Shown: positions 28,368 to 37,279 of the stretch, one piece after another
How positions within the stretch are numbered: the stretch's first letter is position 1
Layout of the letters: each line of letters starts with the position of its first letter
Source of the DNA: an uncultured delta proteobacterium
GTDB lineage: Bacteria > Desulfobacterota > BSN033 > UBA1163
Direction of reading: 5' to 3'
Length of the DNA: 64,000 nt
NCBI GenBank assembly: GCA_963827685.1
Contig: CAWHBU010000009.1
Location: 1 to 64,000, forward strand
Notes under the pieces: model-generated
The model's input: the letters and a program-made list of their open reading frames with translations, nothing else
Told to the model about the DNA's origin: nothing
Databases searched by the model: none
Made by a program: the position numbers and the translations under genes

Positions 28368-28491
28368 GCTTGTGGGGATATTTACGAAGAGAGGCAACCT
28401 CGTCAGAGTCATCTCTGCACGAGACATGAACACTAAGGAGAGAAAATTCTATGAAGAAAATGAAAAGGAAAATTCCGAATTTCAAGAATGA
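28366..28491 (+). pseudogene. brnT: BrnT toxin 3' fragment
   Basis: LLVGIFTKRGNLVRVISARDMNTKERKFYE, no start codon; fused to the truncated attC. Confidence 0.8.
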
Positions 28492-28768
28492 AGACGAAGA
28501 ACGAGAATTTTGGGCTACCCATTCCCCTCTCGATTATTTTGATTCGAAAAAGTTCAAAAGGGGTTCATTTCCCAATCTGAAGCCCTCACTCAAATCCATC
28601 TCTATTCGTCTCCCAGAAGATTTGCTGATTGAGCTCAAGACCCTTGCAAATAAGAAGGATGTGCCTTATCAAAGTCTTGCAAAAATTTTTCTCGCAAAAC
28701 AAATTGTCCTCGAACGGGAATCCTTGAGTAGCGCTTCCGGAAGACGCAAAGAAAAAGTTGCAGCCTAA
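28451..28768 (+). CDS. BrnA/CopG-family antitoxin
   Basis: IPNFKNEDEEREFWATH...SISIRLP...DVPYQSL. Confidence 0.85.
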   Translation: MKKMKRKIPNFKNEDEEREFWATHSPLDYFDSKKFKRGSFPNLKPSLKSISIRLPEDLLIELKTLANKKDVPYQSLAKIFLAKQIVLERESLSSASGRRKEKVAA

Positions 28769-28815
28769 CACTCCAGCGGATGGCTTACGGCCACCGCTGA
28801 CGTTTGCGGTTCTCT
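28763..28815 (+). other. attC site (slightly degenerate)
   Basis: GCCTAAC ACTCCAGCGG ATGGC TTACG GCCA CCGCTGA CGTTTGCG GTT; the antitoxin stop lies in R''. Confidence 0.7.
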
Positions 28816-28826
28816 GGAGAAAGAAA

Positions 28827-29069
28827 ATGAACCACGACAAAGACAAAATAGATGAATATACCTTAGCACTTCTCTACCTGGTGGCCCATCAAAGAGATGA
28901 GGGATTTGGCGCAAGGGCATGGAAGGGATTTGATTGGGATACTATGAATAGGCTTCACGAGAAAGGATACATATCGAATCCCATAGGAAAAGCAAAATCG
29001 GTTGGAATGACTGAGGAGGGTTTTCTGAAGGCAAAGGAACTATTTGAACGACATTTTACTAAAGAATGA
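28827..29069 (+). CDS. DUF6429-like small protein (last cassette)
   Basis: GGAG SD; LALLYL...RAWKGFDWDTMNRLHEKGYI..P.GKAKSV.MTEEG. Confidence 0.8.
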   Translation: MNHDKDKIDEYTLALLYLVAHQRDEGFGARAWKGFDWDTMNRLHEKGYISNPIGKAKSVGMTEEGFLKAKELFERHFTKE

Positions 29070-29104
29070 AATGGTCTTCTTTTAGAAATCCCGCACCGGG
29101 TTTC

Positions 29105-30157
29105 CTAAAGAACAAGGGACTTTCTGTGGATTGAAACTTCTCCTCCTTGCGTTTGAAGTCCGAGGGTGCCTCTTGGCAATTCCTGTCTTCCATTGATTAA
29201 GATCTCGCTGAGTTTGAAATGCTTTTTCAGTCTTAAGATATTTTCATTCTTCTGGCCCCTTAGATTTGAAATCTCTTTGGGGTGGCAGAAGAATAGGGCT
29301 TGGCCATTTTTCTGAGAAATCTGGAGAAGAGACGTAGCCATGTCAAAAAAGATCGCTGAATGGATAAGCTGATGAAGAGCAGGATGATAGGGTCCTGCGA
29401 GAAAATTCCTTTCCAACTCCTTGGTGGGCTGAAGGCCGATGCGAGCGACTGGAATAAAGGAGTTTTCCAATTTGAGAATGCCTTTCTTAAGCCATTGAAC
29501 GGCCTCATCTAATTGCAAAGGGGAATACCTACCCTCCCTCCAGAGAATCTCAAGGGGAGCGCCTTCGAGGACCAGTGTAGGATGGATTCTCACAAAATCG
29601 GGTTTGAGCTGGACGACTCGATCAAGGGTTTGGAGAAAAAGATCGCAAGTATCACCCGGAAGGCCGATCATCAACTGAAGCCCCACCTCGAACCCCCAAC
29701 GTCTTAGTCGTGAAGTGGCAGAAACGGTGTCCTCCGCACAATGCCCTCTTTTTGAAAGGAAAAGGACTTCATCAATCATCGATTGCACCCCAATTTCTAC
29801 GGTCTTCACCCCATATTCTTTGAGCAGGGGGAGAATCTCTTCATCCAAGGCATCGGGTCGGGTGGAGATGCGAATGGAATCGATCAGACCGGAAGCGAGG
29901 AAGGGTTGAACTTCTTTCAGATAACGAACTTGATCATCCCTGTGGATCGCTGTGAAACTCCCGCCATAAAAAGCAACCTGTTTTTCCCTGTTTTTCTTAT
30001 CGTATGGAATTTCAGCAAGAGAGGCTTCGATAAAGTTTCTGACGGATGAAGGGGAGGAAAGTCCTTCGGCTGCTGTCTTCTGATTACAGAAGAGGCATTG
30101 CTCTCGGCAACCCATACTCGGAAGAAAGACAGGAATAATGAGTGGGCTTAAAGCCAT
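29105..30157 (-). CDS. Radical SAM protein (Elp3/YhcC-like)
   Basis: IIPVF...GCREQCLFCNQ, FYGGSFT, ISTRPD, GPYHPA. Confidence 0.9.
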   Translation of the reverse strand: MALSPLIIPVFLPSMGCREQCLFCNQKTAAEGLSSPSSVRNFIEASLAEIPYDKKNREKQVAFYGGSFTAIHRDDQVRYLKEVQPFLASGLIDSIRISTRPDALDEEILPLLKEYGVKTVEIGVQSMIDEVLFLSKRGHCAEDTVSATSRLRRWGFEVGLQLMIGLPGDTCDLFLQTLDRVVQLKPDFVRIHPTLVLEGAPLEILWREGRYSPLQLDEAVQWLKKGILKLENSFIPVARIGLQPTKELERNFLAGPYHPALHQLIHSAIFFDMATSLLQISQKNGQALFFCHPKEISNLRGQKNENILRLKKHFKLSEILINGRQELPRGTLGLQTQGGEVSIHRKSLVL

Positions 30158-30182
30158 ATCTCTTCATCCAGAGTTATCAGAA

Positions 30183-30290
30183 CTAAATTCCAAATTACAA
30201 ATTCCAAAATCCAAATAAATTCCAAGCTCCAAATCCAAATGACCCAAACGATCTTGTTCAAAATTTGGAATTTTGATCATTGGTATTGCC
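30183..30290. repeat. Heptamer-periodic (AATTCCA/AAATCCA ... TTGGAAT) hairpin element, left part
   Basis: Degenerate 7-nt tandem units followed by the start of the complementary arm. Confidence 0.75.
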
Positions 30291-30306
30291 TAGAAAACAG
30301 CTTTCA

Positions 30307-30351
30307 AATCCCCCCAACCCCCCTTTGCTAAAGGGGGGGCGAGGGGGGATT
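30307..30351. repeat. REP-like GC-rich palindrome
   Basis: AATCCCCCC AA CCCCCCTTT GCT AAAGGGGGG GCGA GGGGGGATT. Confidence 0.7.
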
Positions 30352-30424
30352 AGCGATTCTCATCGTTCGAGGGTGACGCATCCGTCATGAAAGATTGCCG
30401 AGAAAATAAACTAATACAAACGCA

Positions 30425-31463
30425 TTAAGTAATGTTACATAGCCTACGAATCTTTTGACAAGACCATGAGCGAGTTGTTTTACAAACGACAGACCAAAGA
30501 TTATCAAGGTTTTCAAACCAACGGTTGGTGGTGGATTCATAGCGAACACTGCGCCAAATCCGTTCTTGCACGTTTAATCCCGGTTGATACGGGGGTAAAT
30601 ATTCGATATGGAGCCTCGGATGTTTTTTAAGAAATTGTTCGATGGGATCGCCTCTGTGCCAGCGGGCCCTGTCGACATAAAGCCAAATGGTATATCCTTT
30701 AAGCCTTCCATAGAGGTGGCGCAAAAGTTTGAGAAACCCTTCTCTATCCCCCCGTTTTGTCTGAATCATGCCATAGCGTCCAAGCAAAGGATTGACCCAC
30801 CCAGAGATATTCAAACGGATACGATGCTGGCTGGTCGTGGGAATCTTAAGACGCTTTCCTTTCTTCGCCCAGCCCCGGCTAAGCCTGGGGTGCATCGTAA
30901 AGCCTGTCTCATCCTGGAATACAATTGTCTCTTTTGGCCCCAGGGACTCAAGTTTTTTTTAAAGCCCGCTGGAACTTTCGGGCTTCTTGGCTTTGTGCTT
31001 GAAGATAAGAATAACTCGCTCTCTTTAACCGATAACCCAAATGATGCATCCAGCGTTGGGCTTGCCGCACCTTCAGGTTTATCCCGAAAGACCGTTTCAG
31101 ATGAATCGCAACCGTTGGCCCATCCCATTGAGTCCGGTTTAAACCAAATTCCCGCGGAGACTTCTCTAAGTGTCCCTCCAGCACCCTTTGAATCTTTGTC
31201 TCTAACCGTGGAGGCCTTCCCGATCTTGGCTTGGATTTTAAGAACTCTAAGCCGTCTTTGTTCACCCCGTGAATCCATCGGCTTAAACTCATCCGGGTCA
31301 ACCCTAACACCTCGGTTATCCATCCCGGACGTTGCCCTTCAAGCACCAGGAGTAAGGCGGCTATCTTTATGCCTATCCAAGCCCCTGGTATTTGTTCGGC
31401 TAATGCTAATAAATGCTCTTTATTGGCCTCTTTATGCTCTAAGATTAATGTGGGATTTTTCAT
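30425..31463 (-). CDS. IS630 transposase (HTH ORF + DDE ORF joined at an A8 slippage site)
   Basis: ORF-A HTH (SGRPP, WDG) ends TTA AAA AAA ACT TGA. Removing one A gives KLESLG..VFQDETGF...YVDRARWH...LPPYQPGLNVQERIW. Confidence 0.85.
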
Positions 31464-31480
31464 GCCCACATATTAACATA

Positions 31481-32020
31481 AGTAAAGAACCCCGCAGCAG
31501 AGCTGCGGGGCATTAAAATTCAAAACTTAATTGCTCCTGTTGCTGATACTTTATATAGCGACGTATGACTTCAGAGGTAACTTTGTCTCCAACAGACCGA
31601 ACAAAATACCCATCACTCCAAAACTCTCCACCCCAAAGCTCTTTCTTCACCTCTGGAAACTGCTTGAACACCATTTTCGCCGAGATACTCTTTATGATCT
31701 GCACAATCTCTGCCGGACAATACCGAGGAGGGGCAGACAAAAATAAATGAACATGATCATCCTTTACCTCCATCGTATCTATCTCAAACTCGTACCTCTC
31801 CGATATTTGCTCAAAACTCATCTTAAGCCTTTTTGCCAACTCACCTCCCAATATCATCTTCCGATATTTGGGAACCCATACCATATGATATTTCAAATCG
31901 TAGACCGCATGGCTTGTTCTTTTTATCGAGCTCATGCAGTACTTATACCATGTCTTATCGCTTCGCGAACCTGTTTTCATCCGCCCAGCAGAGCTGGGCG
32001 GTATTCAACAGGTATTTTTT
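31481..32020 (-). mobile_element. IS200-type (tnpA-only) element
   Basis: Subterminal hairpins CCCCGCAGCAGAGCTGCGGGG and CCGCCCAGCAGAGCTGGGCGG flank tnpA; ends approximate. Confidence 0.82.
31513..31935 (-). CDS. tnpA: IS200/IS605 Y1 transposase TnpA
   Basis: YHMVWVPKYR, HUH DHVHL, FWSDGYF, catalytic YIKYQ. Confidence 0.95.
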   Translation of the reverse strand: MSSIKRTSHAVYDLKYHMVWVPKYRKMILGGELAKRLKMSFEQISERYEFEIDTMEVKDDHVHLFLSAPPRYCPAEIVQIIKSISAKMVFKQFPEVKKELWGGEFWSDGYFVRSVGDKVTSEVIRRYIKYQQQEQLSFEF

Positions 32021-32063
32021 ATAAACTGTTATGTCACTTTATTTAGGACGTTTGTATTAATTA

Positions 32064-32306
32064 CCCCCTCTCCCCAGGCGCCTGCCTGCGCGTAGCCGCT
32101 TCGGCGAAGGCAGGGGAGAGGACGGGGGTGAGGGGGAGCATACCAGGTCCACCCCCACCCACACCCTCCCCCATCAAGGGGGAGGGAAAAGGTTCTATTT
32201 TCATGGTTTGTTCCTGCCTGCCGGCGGGCAGGGGGAATTATTTGTTATTTGGCCTGCCTGCGCGAAGCCGCTCCGGCGGAGGCAGGTGCTTGGGATTTGG
32301 TGCTTA
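32064..32306. repeat. Stack of REP-like elements plus right arm of the heptamer element
   Basis: CCCCCTCTCCCC..GGAGAGG..GGGGTGAGGGGG / CCCTCCCCCATCAAGGGGGAGGG; three CCTGCC..GGCAGG units (32081-32114, 32213-32232, 32253-32286); TTATTTGG|TGCTTGGGATTTGGTGCTT. Confidence 0.75.
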
Positions 32307-33000
32307 TTTCTTTAAGAGCATTTCTGGCTGCTTCCTGCTCTGCCTCTTTTTTGCTTCTTCCCCATCCCATTCCTTTTACTTCATCCCCGATCGTGACGGA
32401 TGCCTGGAACCTCTTATCATGATCTGGTCCAGACTCATTCATCACTCGATACTGGGGAGACACTCCATGAGACTGTTGGGAATATATTTGCAGAAGGCTC
32501 TTATAATCATCAAAGACCACAGACGGAGTTTTGGTCTGAAGATAAGGTTCGAAATGTTCTTGAATGATCTCCAAGGTCCGATTGAATCCTGAATCCATGA
32601 AGATCGCTCCGATCAAGGCTTCGTAGGTATTGGCCAAGATGGAGGATTTCTGCATCCCTCCGTTTGACTGCTGGCTTTTTCCGAGGAGAAGATAGCCTTC
32701 TAACTGAAGGTCTTTAGAGAGGGATGCCAGGGAACTCCTCTTCACCAGTTGAGATCTCATCATGGAAAGGGTTCCTTCTTGGGCGTCGGGAAATTTGTGA
32801 AGGAGAAGGGTGCTGACCGCAAGATTGAGGACCGAATCTCCGAGAAATTCTAAAACCTCATTGGCACCTTTTTCAGGCTGATTGGTTTCATAGATGAAGG
32901 ACTTATGCGTGAGGGCCTGATCGAGCCATTTGATCTCTTTGAACCGATGATCCAGACGGTCTTCCAATTCTTTTAGAGAAACCAACCTCTCTTCGTCCAC
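32245..33000 (-). CDS. rnc: Ribonuclease III
   Basis: ALTHKS, NEVLEFLGDSVL, EALIGA, dsRBD (GPDHDKRF...SKKEAEQ). Confidence 0.96.
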   Translation of the reverse strand: MDEERLVSLKELEDRLDHRFKEIKWLDQALTHKSFIYETNQPEKGANEVLEFLGDSVLNLAVSTLLLHKFPDAQEGTLSMMRSQLVKRSSLASLSKDLQLEGYLLLGKSQQSNGGMQKSSILANTYEALIGAIFMDSGFNRTLEIIQEHFEPYLQTKTPSVVFDDYKSLLQIYSQQSHGVSPQYRVMNESGPDHDKRFQASVTIGDEVKGMGWGRSKKEAEQEAARNALKEISTKSQAPASAGAASRRQAK

Positions 33001-33001
33001 G

Positions 33002-34330
33002 CTATCTCCCCACCACTTTTCCGATCACACCCTTTTCAGCCAAGCCGGTCACCCTGACGGTCCATTCCCGATTGACCCGATCCTGATGATCTTTCGTTCC
33101 GTTTTTATTGACGAGCAGAACAGGGATGTAGTTCCGGGAAAGACCTTTCCATCTGCCGGTCACTTTTTCTTTGCGGTCTTCTACCAGGACGCTCAGCTCC
33201 TGATTGAGAAACTGGCGGTAGAAAGCCTGGCGTTTCTGTTTTCCCAATTCCCTCATCGTCTCAGCCCTTTTTTTGGTCTCTTTCTCATCCACCCTCTGAG
33301 GAAATTGGAATGCAGGGGTTCCCTTTCTCCTTGAAAAGGGGAAAACATGGAGATAAGAGAACGGCAGAGATTCGACGAATCCGTAGGTATGCTTAAATTT
33401 CTCTTCCGTCTCCCCTGGAAATCCTACGATCACATCGGCTCCGACGGAGAGGTTTGGAATCCTCAGGTGCAGTTCCCGGATAAGATCAGAGAGAAAGGAA
33501 CGGTCATACTCTCTATTCATCTTTTTCAGTATCTCGTCGTCTCCACTCTGGATAGAGATGTGAAGATGAGGACAGATCTTGTTTGATTGTGAAAGGGTTG
33601 AGATAAGTTCCGGTGAGAAATCTCCCGGCTCGATGGAGCTTAGCCGGATTCGATCAGGTGTCTCCTCTTTCTCCAGTTGTCTGATTAACTTTTCCAAAGG
33701 AAAGGGGGGATTGAGGTCCAAGCCATAAGCGCCCAGGTGGATGCCGGTGAGGACGACTTCTTTAAATCCCTTCTCTTTCAATAGCTTCAAATTTTCAACC
33801 ACCCTTTCGGGCTGAAGGCTCCTCGATCGACCCCTGGCATGAGGAACAATGCAATAAGTGCAATCAGCATTGCAGCCATCCTGAATCTTTAGGAAGGCAC
33901 GGGTATGACGGTGAAAAGAATGAAGAGGGGTTTCTGAAAAGTGCCTTTCCTTCTGAATATCCCCAACCTGGACCTTTTGGAATTTGCCTTTTTGCATCAA
34001 GGGAAGAAAGTCAGGAATCTGGTTCTTTTCTCTATTTCCCAAGAGATAATGTACACCTTGCATCTTCAAAAAAGCATCTGGTTCCACCTGCGGATAACAT
34101 CCGGTCACGATGATCAGAGAGTTCGGATTGGACCGGAGGGCCCTTCGAACCGTCTGTCTCGATTGAAAATCAGCTCGGTGGGTGACCGTACAAGTATTGA
34201 TGACGGTAATGTCCGCACCTTCTTCAAAGGGGACGAGAGCATACCCTCTCTGTTCCAAGGCGTCCATGAGGGCCTCAGACTCGAATTGGTTCACTTTACA
34301 ACCCAGTGTGGCAACAGAAACAGTGGTCAT
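33002..34330 (-). CDS. mtaB: tRNA t6A37 methylthiotransferase MtaB
   Basis: TLGCKVNQFES, NTCTVT, KIQDGCNADCTYCIVP, HVFPFSRR.GT. Confidence 0.93.
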   Translation of the reverse strand: MTTVSVATLGCKVNQFESEALMDALEQRGYALVPFEEGADITVINTCTVTHRADFQSRQTVRRALRSNPNSLIIVTGCYPQVEPDAFLKMQGVHYLLGNREKNQIPDFLPLMQKGKFQKVQVGDIQKERHFSETPLHSFHRHTRAFLKIQDGCNADCTYCIVPHARGRSRSLQPERVVENLKLLKEKGFKEVVLTGIHLGAYGLDLNPPFPLEKLIRQLEKEETPDRIRLSSIEPGDFSPELISTLSQSNKICPHLHISIQSGDDEILKKMNREYDRSFLSDLIRELHLRIPNLSVGADVIVGFPGETEEKFKHTYGFVESLPFSYLHVFPFSRRKGTPAFQFPQRVDEKETKKRAETMRELGKQKRQAFYRQFLNQELSVLVEDRKEKVTGRWKGLSRNYIPVLLVNKNGTKDHQDRVNREWTVRVTGLAEKGVIGKVVGR

Positions 34331-34392
34331 AGCGTCTCATTATTATCTTGGTCGCACAATTTAAGGGTCCTGTAATTCAAAAGTCTATCAGA

Positions 34393-34550
34393 GTAAATTC
34401 CAAATCCCAATCTAAAATGACCAAAACGATCTTGCTCAGCGGAACATGTCTGCACAATCAATAAATTATTTGATAGACAGGTTACGAATGGTTTTGAATT
34501 TTGTAAATTGGAATTTGTTTGTAATTTGGTGCTTGCCATTTGGTGCTTTT
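34393..34550. repeat. Heptamer-periodic hairpin element
   Basis: AAATTCCAAATCCCAATCTAAAATGACCAAAACGATCTTG ... TTGGAATTTGTTTGTAATTTGGTGCTTGCCATTTGGTGCTT. Confidence 0.75.
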
Positions 34551-34600
34551 GCTAAGTACTTAAGACTGTAGCAAGGTCCAATTTGACAACAATCGCAAGT

Positions 34601-35332
34601 TCAAGGCATCCCAAGTTGGGCCAGTTTAATCTCTCCCCAAACACCCATCTTTTCCTCAACGACGATGAGCATCCCCAATACCCCCGCGATGTCCCTTCCT
34701 CTTTCAAGACCCAGTTCGATATCTTTTTTTCCCTTTACAACATTCCCGACAGCCGTCGCTGCTGCATCGGCAAGGGCGGAAGATTTCGCAAGAATGCAGA
34801 CAGCATCTGCTTTTCCCAAGCTGAGGGAAGGGCCAACCCTTCCTGAAGAGGTGCAGACACCGAGAGGGGTCTCTTCGGGTGAGATCACAATCCCTATTTT
34901 AAGGCTGAGAGGAGAATCGCCTGCATAGATTCCGATGGTCCGCTCTTTGGAAGTGGCGAGATAGATATCCCCACCATTTTCAACGATCACCTCTTTTGAA
35001 AGTTTGAGCAGGTCTTTTGAAACCGATTCGGCCATGGCTCCGGCCACCGCAGCCATTGGGCCGACGTGGGCCAATTGAGAAGTCCGAATCATTTCCCGGA
35101 CGATCTCCAGAGCATAGGCGTCCTCTGCGAGAGGGACAAGGCTTTTTTGGAATTCAGGGTTCATCGCGATGTAGGTTTCAAGTTGGTGACGGTATTTTAA
35201 TACCGATTCTCTGGTCTCTTTGGAAAAATCTCTCTCTGCCCGGACGAGGAGATCGGTTTCCTTAACAATGACTTCAAATTTAACAAGGTCATCGGTTTTT
35301 ACCAAATTCCGGTAGGTCCTTTTTTCGTACAT
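34601..35332 (-). CDS. UPF0280 / ApbE-superfamily protein
   Basis: VGPMAAVAGA, VENGGDI, CTSSG.VGPSLSLG.ADA. Confidence 0.9.
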   Translation of the reverse strand: MYEKRTYRNLVKTDDLVKFEVIVKETDLLVRAERDFSKETRESVLKYRHQLETYIAMNPEFQKSLVPLAEDAYALEIVREMIRTSQLAHVGPMAAVAGAMAESVSKDLLKLSKEVIVENGGDIYLATSKERTIGIYAGDSPLSLKIGIVISPEETPLGVCTSSGRVGPSLSLGKADAVCILAKSSALADAAATAVGNVVKGKKDIELGLERGRDIAGVLGMLIVVEEKMGVWGEIKLAQLGMP

Positions 35333-35333
35333 T

Positions 35334-35744
35334 CTAGTGTCTTAAAATCTCTTCCATGGATAATATCTGGATATCTTCTATCTTAGAGAAATGGGCCACA
35401 TTCTTAGTATAGAGAGGTAGGGCATTGGCAACGCAGATGGCCGCAATGAGAATATCGTGGGTTCCGATCAATTGGCCATTCGATTTTAATTGGGTATAAA
35501 TCTTGCCCGCGATCACTGCTTCAATGACATCCAGAGGTAAAATGGTCACACCTTGAATCAAAGTTTCTATTTGGCTCAGCCTTCTCTTTCTCTCTATCCC
35601 AGCATATAATTCAAACACAGATATAGAAGTTAATGCTACCTCCTGCCTGGAAATCAACGTTAACATAACTCCTGCTCCGGGAGAAATGCCATTGAAGAAA
35701 TCTATGACGACATCTGTATCTACAACAATCAGCCGATTTTCCAA
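35334..35744 (-). CDS. vapC: VapC-family PIN toxin
   Basis: VVDTDVVIDF, SVFELYAG, DILIAA, TKNVAHF. Confidence 0.9.
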   Translation of the reverse strand: MENRLIVVDTDVVIDFFNGISPGAGVMLTLISRQEVALTSISVFELYAGIERKRRLSQIETLIQGVTILPLDVIEAVIAGKIYTQLKSNGQLIGTHDILIAAICVANALPLYTKNVAHFSKIEDIQILSMEEILRH

Positions 35745-35974
35745 TTTCGCCTTATCTCCTCTATCCGCTTTCTAAAGTTTTTAGCTTCCTCCTCGCTCCA
35801 AGTTCCCTTCATCTTCAAAAGCTCTCTAATGCGGTCTCCCTTTTTTACTTTTTCTTTTATATAAAAATCAATCGCTTCCTGTATCAGCTTCGAATAGCCT
35901 CGAAGCCCTCTTCTGGCCGCCAAAGAATGCAATGCGCTTCGGTGATCATCAGACAATTCAATCGTCGTTCTCAT
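35729..35974 (-). CDS. Antitoxin (RHH/CopG-like) cognate to VapC
   Basis: MRTTIELSD...LAARRG..GYSKLIQEAID; overlaps the vapC start. Confidence 0.8.
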   Translation of the reverse strand: MRTTIELSDDHRSALHSLAARRGLRGYSKLIQEAIDFYIKEKVKKGDRIRELLKMKGTWSEEEAKNFRKRIEEIRRNWKIG

Positions 35975-36242
35975 TCTTTTTCCTCCTTGTTCATTCTAAA
36001 ACATTATAATACTTAAATGCATTTTATGTCAAAAGAATGTTTATTGGCCCTCATAGCACGATTCAAGGGTCTGCGACGAGCTCAGTCAAGGCGGTCGGGG
36101 GGGTCGAGGATTGAAGTGAGATGTTTTTAGAAAAAAAGAACATAGAACCATAGAATCCCGGAGTCCTTTTTATGAACTAAAAGGGAAAAGTAGCTGTGTT
36201 TGATTTCTTGCAATTTGATACGTAGAGGATATAATTTTCAAT

Positions 36243-36758
36243 ATGAACCAAGATATTGTTCCGGCAGACAAAGAATTTAGAAAAAGATTTATTATCTTTC
36301 TTGTGCTGATCGTAATCGTTTTCGTCGTCACAATACTCTCCATGAAAAGTTATCTGGATCAGATGGAGCACCTATCACGAGTGAATCCGGATCTGGCCAT
36401 GAAGAAAGTAATGGTTTTGCTTAAATTGTGGCTGGGATTAGGTTCTTTACCCATATTGGGTTTTGGGGTTTATCAAATCCTCCTGGCAAGGAGGATCCTA
36501 AAATCAGGCCAATTTCCACCGCCACGGATGAAAGTGATAAGGGATACGAAAATTCAAACCGGAGCCAAAGCCAAAAAGATAGCTATCTCTCTCATCGTCC
36601 TTTCATCTATTATAGTTGTCCTTGCACTTTTCCTTGTATATTGGCCATACGCCTTTGAAAAAACATTATTGAAGAAGCGTTCTGATGTAAAAAGGAACCT
36701 CTCAGAGAAGGAAATAGGGGTAACAGCATTGGATAAGAAAGGAGGTGAAACAAAATGA
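36243..36758 (+). CDS. Hypothetical 3-TM membrane protein
   Basis: Three hydrophobic segments, GQFPPP motif; ATGA overlap with the cytochrome gene. Confidence 0.7.
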   Translation: MNQDIVPADKEFRKRFIIFLVLIVIVFVVTILSMKSYLDQMEHLSRVNPDLAMKKVMVLLKLWLGLGSLPILGFGVYQILLARRILKSGQFPPPRMKVIRDTKIQTGAKAKKIAISLIVLSSIIVVLALFLVYWPYAFEKTLLKKRSDVKRNLSEKEIGVTALDKKGGETK

Positions 36759-37096
36759 AGGGTTTGAAAATAACCATGGTTTCCGTGATCTCTGTAAGCC
36801 TCATCTTTTCTTTAGTCATCGCAGCCGGCGATATGGAGAAGGGAAAAGCCCTTTTTAAGAATCCCAAGTTCGGTGGAAGCACTGTCGGGATGTCTTGCAA
36901 CTCATGCCATCCAGATGGAAAAGGGTTGGAGAAAGCTGCTGACAGGAAGGACCTTGAGAAGTTTGTCAATGCCTGTATCAAGAATGCGCTGAAAGGCAAG
37001 GGAATCGATCCAAAGTCCGATGAGATGGCAGACATCGTTGCCTACCTTAAGTCTCTGAAGGGAAAAACTCCTGTAGCGGGAACTCCGGGAAAATAG
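36755..37096 (+). CDS. Small periplasmic monoheme cytochrome c (TsdA/SoxA heme-1-like)
   Basis: GGAGGT SD; signal peptide; CNSCH; VNACI...KG..IDPKSDEM..IVAYL. Confidence 0.85.
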   Translation: MKGLKITMVSVISVSLIFSLVIAAGDMEKGKALFKNPKFGGSTVGMSCNSCHPDGKGLEKAADRKDLEKFVNACIKNALKGKGIDPKSDEMADIVAYLKSLKGKTPVAGTPGK

Positions 37097-37102
37097 ATTG
37101 TG

Positions 37103-37186
37103 ATGACGCAGGATCATTCTGAAAGAACCGCAGGGTGCGCTGTGGTGACGATTGGCCACTCCGCGCGCACCCTGGAGACTTTCATC
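37103..37186 (+). pseudogene. DUF488 N-terminal fragment
   Basis: VVTIGHSARTLETFI matches the DUF488 N-terminal motif; similarity ends abruptly. Confidence 0.6.
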
Positions 37187-37279
37187 CCCCTTTGTCTTCC
37201 CGGTCTTTTCTTGCATAGACAAGACCTTCCCAGGAAAGGCATTGATACAGAGGGGAGGGAATCGGGGACGCTTCCTCCC

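Larger units (their letters stand above)
23773..29069 (+). mobile_element. Integron-type gene cassette array with no adjacent integrase (CALIN-like)
   Basis: Co-oriented accessory ORFs separated by attC-like sites at 24460, 28338 and 28763; cassette starts complementary to their own R'' boxes; no tyrosine recombinase in the window. Confidence 0.75.
30414..32057 (-). mobile_element. IS630-family element with a nested IS200
   Basis: TA flanks (30412-13, 32058-59); 30-bp imperfect IRs ATACAAACGCATTAAGTAATGTTACATAGC / revcomp ATACAAACGTCCTAAATAAAGTGACATAAC. Confidence 0.88.

Noticed and set aside
31481-32020. TnpB/IscB RNA-guided nuclease
   Set aside because: The element contains tnpA only; no RuvC-type ORF in the window.
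32128-32592. ORFs made of repeat DNA (also 34327..34539, 38307..38696, 41315..41509 and the LivM extension to 41394)
   Set aside because: Translations of REP/heptamer elements or antisense shadows with no protein motifs.
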